Source: Marsupella aquatica (lineage: Eukaryota; Plantae; Marchantiophyta). Taken from it: a stretch of DNA of 64,000 nt. Below, piece after piece: positions 12,058 through 23,839 of the stretch. The notes beneath the pieces are model-generated. The model made no database searches. It worked only from the letters and a program-made list of their open reading frames with translations, and had not been told where the DNA came from. The DNA lies in contig OZ316895.1 of assembly GCA_973895155.1 (NCBI GenBank), forward strand, positions 17,340,170 through 17,404,169, read 5' to 3'. Within the stretch, counting starts at the first letter, position 1. Every line of letters begins with the position of its first letter. A program made the position numbers and the translations under genes.

Positions 12058-15000
12058 ATGGCCATGGCAGCGCTGTCGGGGTTTCACGTGGTGATGAGTA
12101 AGAAGCAGCAGCTGTTTTCGGGGTGGAAGAACTGTTCTGATTTTCAAGAGGCCGTTTTAGTACTAGGAAGAGGGGGTGATGCATTAGGTGGTCAGTGCGG
12201 GAGACAAATATTGTGCATGGCACCAGCAGCATCACCAGCAGCGGTGATTTCATCCGGGAAGAAGGAAGGGGCAAGGAACAGCAGTGGAAAGAAGAAGGCG
12301 GGATCACCGAAAGGAGGGGCTTCGAAGGGCGGGGCCAGTAGAGGAGAGCCGGTGATGGCATTTAGAGATCAGGTCGCAGGGTGCGCTTTAGCCTCTGTCA
12401 CGCTTGAACGAGTTTCTTCCACAATAGGTGGAGCTGTCTTGGATGATGTGGTCACGTTGTCTTCCCTGGGACGAGAGTTGTCACCCGCTGGAGACTCAGC
12501 TTCTTCCTCGGAGCGCTCTCGCCTCGAGTTACAATGGACGGCGTTCCTCCGCGATAGGATCGATGCGGAACCCGAAGATTTCCTCTCATCTCTTCTCAGG
12601 AGAGGGCCAAAGAACGACGTAAGTGACGAAGACGAGAATGCAGCTTTAGCTTCTTCCAGCAGCAGTCAGCAGTTGCTGGGGGAGAAGAAAGTCGTGAGCT
12701 CTGGCAGGCCGAAAGCTCGTTTACGGCGTCTAGATGCGAGACGGAAGAGAATGTCCACTGCTGCGGAGCCGCCACCTCTAGGAGCATTTACTATATTTCC
12801 ACGTAAGAGGGCCGATGGCAAGAGTGATCACAAAAAGGTCGAAGGGGTGCAAGGCTATGTGTCGACTTACATGAGGGAAATCACCAAAATTGACAGACTG
12901 ACCGGCGACGAGGAAGTGATGCTCTCGAAAATAATCAGAATTGGCTACTTGATGAAAGAAGAAAGAAAGCAGTAAGCCTTTGTGACATCCTGGGCTATTC
13001 TCACTTACTTGTTGCTCTGCAATCCGAGAATTCAAGGAATCTGGATATTACTTTGTTACTTATTCCAAAAACTATTAATAAACAATCGAGTTGGTCACAA
13101 AAGTTTTATAGCTGGAGGAAATGACGAATTATCGTGTCTCAACGATCTGTGTGCTACGATTCATTGTTCGCCAAATATGTTCGAGGATGAATGCTTGTCA
13201 CTTTCAGCTTAAATTGCAGATTTGTATATAATGAAAAAAATTCATTGCACATCTGTGGCTGGAGGTCTTTCTCTGCTGATGCTTGTTTACTCTTCAGGTT
13301 AGAGAGACAAGTTGGACACGAGCTGACTAAACAGCAATGGGCCAATCATCTTCACTCGACAGTGGCAGAATTGGAGGCAAAGCTGCATGAAGCTGAGCTT
13401 GCTAGAGATCGAATGGTGATGGCGAATTTGAGACTGGTGGTATCGGTTGTGAAACAGTACAATTGTGAAGGACTCGAAGTCTCAGATCTCATTCAGGTTT
13501 GCTTTTTTGCCTTTCTAAGTTCCTCCGTGATTCATGTTTTTTCTTTTGCAGTTGTATGGTTGGTTGAATGGCTCCGAGCGTTTGTTGCTCTCATTCATAT
13601 GTCTACTGCGGGAATTTTATCTTGCCGAATTTTCCGTGATACGCCCATTTGGGAAAGCAGCAATGCCCCCGAGATCTTATCATGGTTTTTTTTCAACATG
13701 TCTTTTCAGGAAGGCTCCATTGGTCTTTTGAAGGGAGTTGAGAAGTTTGACCATACCAGAGGGTATAAGCTGTCTACATATGTTCATTGGTGGATCCGCC
13801 AGGTACGGAGATTGTAGATTCTCTGATAGCGGAGTTTTGCTCATTCTACATAAGATAGTCGTACTCATTTCATGCACTGTTTTGCCTCTTCTTTACTGAT
13901 TATTTTAAATACCCGTTCGTCGTCTAAGTGAACCTTGCTTGTTCTACAGGGAGTGACGAGGGCAATTGCGGACCACTCGAGGACTGTGAGGTTGCCTGTA
14001 CATGTTCACGATGCTCTGGGCCGCATCCGTAGAGCCAAAACTAGAATGCTTCTAGATGGCGACGACGCAACTGTCGAGGTGAGGATTCACTCATGGCCTT
14101 TTCTAAATTTGTGACTTGTAATGTGATGCTCTCTGGTGAATGCTAATGCGTTGTTGAAAGCACGATTTACTCACGTCCAGCTTATATATGATACAACCTT
14201 CCAAGTACCTATGTCGCAATGCTTTCTAGTTTTGTTATGTTTCTTATTTTATTGCCTGTGAAGCAATCTAATCTTGGTATCGGAAGACTACTTCCAGAGA
14301 TTTTTACCAACCACCTTGGAGCCAAGTCTTCGCCTTTATTTGTGTCATCTTTCTAATGAGACATTCTTGTATGCAGAGTCTTGGCGAGGTCCTCAACCTT
14401 ACTTCTAGCCAGATCTTGAATGCACTGAAGGTAATCTTGTCGACAATTTGTCAATTATTCATGTCCAGCTTTCTGTCAGCGTCAAGTTACCCTAGAGGTA
14501 ATCATTCTGCCCTAGCCTGAAATTTAAATGGTTGGTATGATGGCAGGTCCCCAAGAGACCGAAGTCGCTTGACATGCAAATTGGCTTTCAGAGAAATTTT
14601 CTCAGGGGCGACTGTGAGACGTTTCATAGCGTGAGTACCTTTTATCGTGTGATTCGCGTCCTTTCTTGGAGTGTAATTGGCCTGATAATGAATTATGCAA
14701 AGAGAAATTCTTGGAGTGGAAATGGCCGTCCACGTTGTAGTCAATCTCAACTAATGCTCACAAGTGGTGCCTGTTATTCTCTTGGCAGTTGGTTCCTGAT
14801 GAACATACTGAGAATCAGCCTTGGACCATGGTCGAGAGAGCACAACTGAAGGTACTTCGAAGCCCCATGCGACAATGTGGTCTGCAAATGCCGAAGCGAG
14901 TCTGAAATTATTTGTGGTCATAGACGGAGCAAAATTTAGCAGTTAGGGAAGAGATTTCAAAAGATTTTTCTCTGAGAATGATGGCTCGGTATGAAGTTTA

Positions 15001-15940
15001 GAACTACACAGGTGAATTCGGGAAGAACACTCGGAAGCCCTTAATATCTCAGGTACCGAGCAGTTGTATAGTATCGCTACTATCAATACAAAAAATGTAG
15101 TGTTACCTTGGGGATCACAATACATTCGTGGAATTTAACATCACGTAGGACCCAAAGGGAGGCACTTTCATTTTGAAATGCTTATAACCTGAGTGATCCG
15201 TACTGATGACAGTGAGCGACGTGTGACCAGCAGTCTTTTGAATTAGCTCGTCTTCCAGAAAGTCCAGTTCAATAGATATTACTTCTTACAAATGCTTGGA
15301 AAATTGGACATTGCAAAGTTTGAAGTTGCGCAGTCATGAAGTCTTTCTTAGATGCTCTTTTAGTCAACACAGTTGGAATTCTAATCTGACATCTCATGCC
15401 AACACAGGGGGACGTTGAGAAGATTCTTAATACACATTTAGGATCAAGGGAACGGGAAATTATCAAGATGCATTTTGGCGTCGATACACCAGATGGTTAT
15501 CCGATGTCTCTCGAGAACATTAGCCATAGGTCAGTCAGGCTTATCGATATGCCGTGATGTCTGAATTCAACGTGGTGTTCTTGTAGTCATAAAATTTAAG
15601 TAGCATATTCTTATCTTATCCGCTCTTTGCTTGTAACATAGGTACGACATTTTTTTGGAATAGCTTACCTGCTGCTGGCTTAAGTGAATTGTCTGAACGA
15701 TGCTGAATATGACCGTCAGCTATATCTGGCAGAAGTCCAGCTTCGCATTGGAGGTCTATATGAGTTTGTTTGTTCGTGATTGTGCTTGAGCAACACCGAA
15801 TTTGACACTGAGAGTCTTTGACATATACTTGCAGGTATGGAATATCAAGAGAGCGGGTGAGACAGTTGGAGCGAGCTGCCAAGCAAAAGTTGCAAACAAG
15901 CCGGAATGGTTTAGATAAGTATTGTCGCATGTTAATATAG
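12058..15940 (+). CDS. Nuclear-encoded plastid RNA polymerase sigma-70 factor, SIG1/SIGX-like
   Basis: Nine phase-consistent exons: 12058-12971, 13298-13496, 13710-13802, 13950-14078, 14377-14430, 14547-14630, 14789-14851, 15408-15529, 15835-15940. Sigma motifs: region 1.2 YMREI..L..EEV, 2.1 [10 protein letters not shown], 2.2 DLIQEG.IGL, 2.3/2.4 [35 protein letters not shown], 4.2 [10 protein letters not shown]. Long unconserved N-terminus. Confidence 0.93.
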
Positions 15941-17457
15941 CGCAACTGTATAGTTCTGCAAAGTGTAAAATAATTTGCCTCAACCTTGTTTTACACTCTG
16001 GGTTGAAATTGTAAATTTTCCAATATAATAGGTCAGTGGGTGCATCGTTGTGGATATGGACCGACTTTGAGGTTCAGGAGGTAACTATCGAGTGTTAATG
16101 CCATCAATGGGTTTGTGGGCCTTGGGACGGTGGCCTAATATGGAGTAGTCATCACTGGTACTTTCAGGGTTTAGGAAACCCGGAAAGGAGGGAATCTAGA
16201 AAGACAAATTTGTATTGATTTAGGTTACTATACTTATTTGCTGTCTGGAAGATAGCCTTGATTTGGCTGGACCACTCTGATCACGTATTGGAAGGAGGCC
16301 TTTCAATACATAGTTACTACCACACTTCACATCATTCTAATCATGTTACTATGTTTCACTTCATCCGTGAGTTTGGGAATGAGAAAGGTTGGAAGTTATC
16401 GATGGCTGAGTAGTCCAATTGGCTCGTAATAATTACTGGAATAATATGGTATGGGACTTTAGTTCTTTGCCTAGGTGGTTACTTTTGCCGCGTTTCACAT
16501 TCTATGAGAGGTGAGGATTGCATCTGTCGTTGTCGAAAACTCTCACAGGCTGTTTTCACAATGCAATGTGAGTTCTTTTCTCACTATTTAATAAATCTAC
16601 ACTGCTTCACACAGGAGGTAGGACTAAGTTTAAACAGGGTTGATGAGTCCACGATGTGCAGAAAGAAGCAGACACTTGGACTATCCTTGTCACCAATCGG
16701 TACTCTCTGTCTGGTTGTTTTTCAGTATTACTCGTCAGCTCGAGCCTCCTCTAGAAGATAGAAAAGTTGGGTATATAGATTAACATGTATTCTTGGTGTG
16801 AAGGATTCAGGCCAGTCGTTTTATTTAGCAAATGTTCTGATCTGGTCCTTGTGACAGCAAAAAACGCCTCGTTTTCACTGTAAATTCTTGGTGTGAAGGA
16901 TTCAGGCCAGGTCGTTGTATATACAAATGTTCTGATCTGGCCCTGGTGGCAGCGAAGGGCTCCTCTTTCCCACTCTAAATATTTGGTTTGATGCATGCCA
17001 AAAGACCATTAGAAAACTGATCAGGCCATTTCACATCTTGTGTTGTTTGGTGACATTTCCTTCCTCATGTCAAATTTCTATTTGTGACCCACCTATGTGA
17101 TTTAGTTCAAAGATTTACCAGGCTTTTCAGGGTCAATCCTCTTCCTGACCAACCTATGTGGTTTACTTCAAAGATTTACCAGGCTGTTCAGGTACCAGGC
17201 TGTTCAGGTTGACTCTCAGGAGAGTTTTGAGTATTAGTTTGCTATTGTGGGGGACTCTTGGTGGGATTCTGCTTTTTTGGCTCTTGTCTTATTGTGATTT
17301 TTCCCTTGTTTTATTCCCTTTTTGGGGCTCCTGAATATTTATTTATTTGAACTTTTAAGGGGAAATTTGTGAAACCCCACAGGAATTCTTCCCTTTATTG
17401 GGTCTCCTGAATTTTTATTTCTTAAAAACTTTTAAGGGGAAATTTGTGAAACCCCAT

Positions 17458-17698
17458 AGGAAAGGTACAGTCAGTCACCACATTTGACAAGAGCACCACA
17501 TTTGACAAGAGACCAAATAAAGGAAGAAACCAAAGAAACTCACACTGCCTAAACCCAAAAGACGCCCAGTTAGGAAACAAGATTCAGAAGACCTAGCCCA
17601 AAGAGGCATGGGTATGTTTTACTCAATTGAGTTGAGATTGATAGAGCTAGAGTTCAAATGTTGTGACTGACAAGTTCAAATGTGGTGACCCTTCCTAG
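17458..17698. mobile_element. Short MITE-like element
   Basis: GTCACCACATTTGA (left, twice) is inverted relative to TCAAATGTGGTGAC (right); outer TAGGAA/TTCCTA also match. Confidence 0.5.
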
Positions 17699-17969
17699 GT
17701 TATTTCTTTGTTTGTTTTCTTTCTTTTTGGCATTCTGATATATTTTTGTGCAAGAGTTTACTTCTCTCTTTATCATTAAAGAATTCTCTTCAAGATTTAA
17801 AGAAATAAATGAAATTGCTACCTCCCTATGTATTGGGCATTCCCACCATTGTTCAAAACCTCCCCTTCACGTGAAAGCTGAGTAAATTGAAAAGGAGTGT
17901 GAGCACCTGGGTCAAGTTTTGCCCTCCACCCCACTGGTCCGAGCATCCAAAAGCAATGTACAGTTCGAA

Positions 17970-18150
17970 TTTGTGTGCGACTATCTGCAGCTGTGGGATT
18001 GATGTGCCAAATGTGCGACTATCTGCAACTGTGGGATTGATGTGCTCATGTCCAATCTACAACTATCTCCAGCTGTGGGATTAATGTGCCAAAGTTCATG
18101 TCCAATTTGCAACTATCTCCAACTGTGGGATTGATGTGCCCATGTCCAAT
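17970..18150 (+). repeat. Minisatellite, ~4 copies of ACTATCT(G/C)CA(G/A)CTGTGGGATT(G/A)ATGTGC
   Basis: Direct reading. Confidence 0.8.
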
Positions 18151-18958
18151 CTTGGACGTTCAGTGAGAATGGAAGTCAGAAGTCTGTTCCCTCACCACAC
18201 TCCTTGTTGAGTGCAACAGTTTTGGGGGAGGAGTCCGTGTGGGGCCTAACTGCCAGGTTTGTGATACAATAGAATGGTAGGAGACCATTGCTGGCTATGC
18301 CAAGATTTTCATTTATTTTTAAATGGATAAAAGTTGACTTGTCAACAACAGAAGCGCTCTTCTAGGAATGCCACTCACGAAAAAGTCTTTCCACTAAAGC
18401 GTTCCAAAAAGTAAAGCGCGTTTCATGCAGCTATGGTGATGGTTACTAGTGTCAGAAAACAATAAACAGAAAATAGAAAAAAAAAATCTTAGAAGGATTG
18501 TGTAAGGAAAGCGGGAAGGAAAGTGACGATTATAGTACTGTAGGACGTCTTTTGAAACGAATAGCTAGTTATACACACAGAGAGAGGTGCCCAAACAGTG
18601 TTGAACGGACTTTGAGTCACCCTTCAAGGATAATTGGCAAGAATTCTATTTTTGTCGTTTTGTGAAATGTTGCCTATTCTGTTCACCCCAATTCCTGTTA
18701 TTAGCACTAATTCAGGTGAAGCAAATTGCAGGGCTACTCATGAATTAGCCTTAGCTAAATAAAAAATGTTTTTTGCTCAATGGAAAGAGATAGATGTCCC
18801 AGGTTCTACCATGCATGAAATAGTGTAGAAAAGCCCCATTGTCTTGACATATTTTCTCATGTCAATATCTTTTTCTCACCTTAACATCTATTTCTCACGT
18901 CAATATCTTTTTCTCACCTTAACAACTATTTCTCACCAAACAACATATTTTTCCTCAC

Positions 18959-19780
18959 TTATGGGTAGTAACACTAATTTTTTGCGCACACTAATTAGAT
19001 GCTATCACTAATTGTGAGGGGTGTAGTTCTTTGAAAACTGGATGTAGAGTGCAGACTCTTGTGAAAAAACCAGAGCTTTGCAGTTACAATTGGTTTGCAC
19101 AATGGAAAACGATAGTGTTTGCAGTTACATGTGGAAAACGATAGTGTTTGCAGTTACATGTGGTTTGCACTATGGGAATGCTTAGAAACACCATAAAATT
19201 TATCCATAGATGAGGGAGCCATTGGAAATGTGTTTAAGGTCATAGAGACTTAAACTTCCAAGTTAACTAGCAATGGCGCCCCCATAGTGGAATGTTTGGG
19301 CTAGATTCATAATTAGATAGTCATTTGAGATAAGTAGGAGATAAGTAATGAAGCCTAACATGAAAAGTATCCAAGATTGAAGTTGATCCAGGTGACTAGC
19401 TTCAATGACCATGAAAATAGATGCAATTTAGAACTAGGGGGGAATCAAGGTGAGCACTAATAAAAATGGAGATGAAAATCACTTTTTACTTAATCCAGAA
19501 TCCCACTTAAACACAGTATGACAACTTCTGGAAAGTGACAAGGGACAGAGGGAAGAGAACTGAATGAAGGTGAAGGCATTGTAGGGGCAAGAAGCATCAT
19601 CACTTACTTTTTGCAAAGTCTGTGGACTTATCCCAGAGTGCAAACCACATGTAACTGCAAAGCCCTGGTCTTCACACGAGTAAGAGTTCATCTACATCCA
19701 GTTTTCAAACAACTACACCTCTCACAATCACTGATAACATCTAATTAGTGTGAGAGGAAAATTAGTGTTACTACCAATAA
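18959..19780. mobile_element. Non-autonomous DNA transposon / fold-back element with ~150-200 bp TIRs
   Basis: Left arm GGTAGTAACACTAATTTT...CACACTAATTAGATG...GTGTAGTT..TTGAAAACTGGATGTAGA...GCTTTGCAGTTACA is mirrored at 19630-19780. Confidence 0.8.
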
Positions 19781-20128
19781 ATGGTGCAAACCATCTGTAA
19801 CTGCATTTCATTGGAATGCTTAAGAAACATTTTGAAGAGCTTTCCAATGAACCTAGGGTTGTCAGATATCATTAGTTTCAATGCCCTCCTTCAAGACAGT
19901 CTAGCCATTACGCCAACCAGAAACAATTTCAAAGTGTTCCCCTCTTCTCTCAATGAAAGGTTTTGTACTTACAATCCTTAGAACCCTTTTGGAAAGAGTC
20001 TAAGACTGGTCCTTTGACCAAATGTGATGGTGTGGTTTTGCCAAGAAGTTTTAAAAGAGCTTTCCATGGGGTCTGTGAAAATTAGCCCGAGTGCCCTTTT
20101 AGGCCATTTTCAAAGATTCACCTTGGCC

Positions 20129-20422
20129 CAATCCCCATTTTCCACTTGCACCCCCAACTTTAATCAAACCCTCTAGTAAAATCTAGAGGCTTTGCAATGA
20201 TCCCCAATTTTCACTTGCATCCCAACTTCAATTACACCCAAAGAGTCACACTCTAGAGACTTCAAAATCCCCATTTTCCACATGCACCCCAACCTTCAGT
20301 TAATTCCCACAGTCTAGAAAGATCAGAATCCCCTTTTTCCATTTGCACCCCAACTTCAATTACCTCCCACAGTCTAGAAAAATCAGAATCCCCTTTTTCC
20401 ATTTGCACCCCAACTTCAATTC
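20129..20422 (+). repeat. ~60-bp minisatellite (ATCCCC(A/T)TTTTCCA..TGCACCCCAACTTCAATT...TCTAGA), ~5 copies
   Basis: Direct reading. Confidence 0.8.
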
Positions 20423-23400
20423 CCCACCGGAGTCACTCTCTAGATGTTTACCCGTCTATTCAATTACGCCCCAATAATAACTAGACGCCTCTTGACAGGC
20501 CCTGAAGTATAGCAGTCGATGCAACTATATCCTTAAATTGAGATTGGTCACAATCCCCGTTCACACAGACCCCCAATCCCAATTATGCACCTAGAGCACA
20601 GTCTAGAAGCTTAAACCACACCTGCCCCTATAAAGGGCTACGGGTAACCCGTAGCTCTCATTCTAAAGAGTACAAGTTCAGAAATGGGTTTTGAGTTCCA
20701 CAAAAAGTGCTGAGTGCAAAATCTTTTTTTGGCAAGTACTTCACAAAAGGTGCTAGGTTTCCACCTTTTATGGTGAGTAGTGAGACATGGAATGAGGCTT
20801 TTATAGTGGCAGGTGTGGTTTAATTAACTCTAGACAGGCCATCAAGAGTAGCTATTAATGCAATTACTTACTGTACTTAAATTGGCCACGGATAGATTTT
20901 GCGAGGTTGTAGTGGTTGTGACAAAATGATGAAGGTTTTTGGGTTAATTAGGGTTTAAAAAAGCTGTTCAATTGGCTGAAAAGGTCGACACTCCTTGGTT
21001 CACGGTTGTCCTCTTTCGGTCGCGGTAACTGCCGTTCCACTCCATCGCCCTACGTCGCATCCATCGATCGATCTTTCGCCGTTCATCTAGCTCGCTCGCC
21101 ATGGATTCAGGACTGTAGTGCAGTAATTTAATGCCCGCAATGCGGAATCCCGGTTCTGCGTCCTAGAGTACGGCGATGGCGCTTTCCTGTCTGCTTTTTG
21201 TTGCTCCGTAGGTCTCGTCGACTCGTCCAGTCCGATGACCGTAGCTTGATTGACTAAATTCGACATCGGTCGAGATTCTGCAACTTTCCTTACTGCTGCT
21301 CATAATGATGACGACGACGTTAGGAGAGACGAAAATCACCAACATGAAGGGGTGCGTGTTTTTCTCACGCTCGTCGTCATGAGTGATGGCGATGGCGCTG
21401 TCCTTTCTGGCGTTGCGTTACGTTTCGGTCAGTTCGGTGATAATTATGTTCGGAGCATTTGGTCGTCTGTGCAGTACCCTATGCATGTGGTAAATTTGTG
21501 ATTTGACTGAATGGACCATAGTTACGGAGGGGACTGGAGAATCATTCTGCATCGACTACTCAGTAAGGCCGCGCGCACCAAGTCTGACGACTATAGCTGC
21601 ATGAGATTGTCTTCTACGCACACTTGGTGAATGCCGGGGCTTGACTGCCCGAGCTTTCCTCAGAGGATAGCTTACAAACAAATGATGAGTACCACCAATT
21701 GTGTCCGTTTCCAATTCCACCTCCAACCGTACCTGTGCCCCAGAGTCACGATCTAGAGTCTTCGCTCTAGATCGTAGACCCTTCTACTAGCATTCGATAG
21801 TGCTTTAATGAATAGATTTGAGGTCTCATCAATGGGAGAATTCAGTAGTACGAAAATGGTGCGTGGTGCAGCTGAGGCGATGGCTTGAGGATTGGGATGA
21901 ACGGGGAGCTTAAGTTGTTTCGCGCTCTTTCTTGGTTCTTTCAATGTTTGAATGAAGAATATCGTCCGAGGTCAAAGAACAACGATTGGACGAACGGCAG
22001 CAGCAATGAGGGTGCGGGGCGGTGCGAGACAAGCGAGGGTCGTTGTTGCGGTCAGTTCTCACACACAACAGCTGCAGGCGTCCGAGGTCAAATTTGATAC
22101 GCTAGCGCGCGCAATTTGCGGGAGTTTGGATTTTACACGGGTTCTTGAGAATGCTGTGATCTCCGGATTGATATGTTTTGTCGTCCACGTTTGTTAGAAT
22201 CTCTAGAAGCGTGGCGGGGGGAAAAACATCACTGTCCTAAAGAAACCACTAACATTCAAGGAACGACTATAGAATCAATTTGAGACGTCAAATTTGGGCA
22301 ATGGTGGTCAAAGCATCTGTGAGCAAGCAGGGAGGCTGGCTGGTAAAATTTAAAGAATTTTTTGTGTCTTGGAAAGAGTAACGCTCCTCTCTCATCCCCG
22401 CCATATCCTAGCAGTTGGCTTTCCGCAGTGTGACGGAATTTGATATTCATTCCGTTGATTGTGTTCAAACCGACCGAACGGAAGTTGAGGTGAGGAACTT
22501 TGCCGCGTCGGTATGGATTCAGGCGTTGTGCAACATTAATGTCACTCACTTGGATATGGACGGGCGACAGAGGAAAGGGGCGACATTGATTGAATGAATC
22601 GAGAAGATTGGAGTCCAATTCGGTGGGCATTATTGGTATTGGAGAGTGGGGGAATTGTCATCAGGACGGGTTTGTAAGGCAAACAAATGCATTGCGGGAA
22701 GGGATCGGAGCCCTTTGTGTGAGCCTAATATATGCGGCTGTCGATGATGTTCTGCAGGCTTGAGAGCAAGAAAAATCTGATAGTGGACATGGACTCCTAC
22801 CAGAAACATCGGTGATTCAAACCATCACCAATGCATTGCGTGTCGTCCAGGACACTTCGGGCGAGTGCCTTGCTTCTGGTCGGGTGGTGCTAGACGAGCA
22901 TTACCAAGGGAAGGCTTAGGCCTTGGTTGCAGACGGTGTGACTTTCCTCAGGGGACTTGGCATTTTAAGGTCGTTCATGCCCTTGTCGACTTTTATGGAA
23001 CTTCGTTGTTCCAACAGAGCTATTGGGGCCGGAAGGAAGCGTACCTGAGACGCGAGCTCTGCTTTCTTGTGTCCGAATCGGGAATCTGTGATTTTGGCCG
23101 GTCAAGTTTGTGACCTGAGCGTAAATCCGAATCGCAAGCGAGTACAATGAGCGATGATCAAGACTGCGTGGAGTCTTCTCCGGCGGAAAGGCGTGTTTAC
23201 GTGGAGCCGAAGAGAAAGGCGCGCGGGTGTGATTCTTAACACCTAGATGTTTCAGCATTCTCCATGTTTTGAAACCCGCAGTACGAAGTGTCTTCCAGAG
23301 TAGTTGTAGGGAATGGGTATCTTGTTTGTTGGAGATGACAATATCAAAGGCTCGCCCTTCGAAATGGGTGCTTCAGCCATTATTAGATCATGCAGTTAGC

Positions 23401-23839
23401 ATTGGTCGGTCGTCCTTTATGCAGTCGTTCTCTTGCCCCGGGTCTGAAATCCAGAGCATCCTACGTAATGGAGCACTCGAGTGCCCCACACAATTGTAAT
23501 TTCCTTTCCTATCTGAATTTCGCTCCTGTTAATTGGCTATGATTTACTGGTCTTAGCTGCCTAGCGTTCCTGGCTCTCACAGCTCTCAGCTGATCAAAAC
23601 ACTCGCCATATCTAAGACGATGAATTCTCGGTCAGGACCTTGAGCACAAATGCGGCATGATTGTTGAACGAAACTCCCATCATTGGCATGTGCGGTGAGG
23701 AGGGTACATTGCAAAAGTTTGGGAAGTTGGCTTCAGACTTACGTCAGGTTCCAACATGGACTTCATTCGAGTATAAGCTATTATTTTGCGTTCAGATTTG
23801 GGGCCAGAAAATCTAAATTGGAATTTGTGGGAAATTTAG

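Noticed and set aside
11807-12361. 184-aa antisense ORF overlapping the sigma factor start
   Set aside because: Pro/Ser-rich shadow of a G-rich sense strand; no domain evidence.
17970-20422. CRISPR-like regularly spaced repeats
   Set aside because: Eukaryotic context, degenerate whole-unit minisatellites without unique spacers, and no cas genes.
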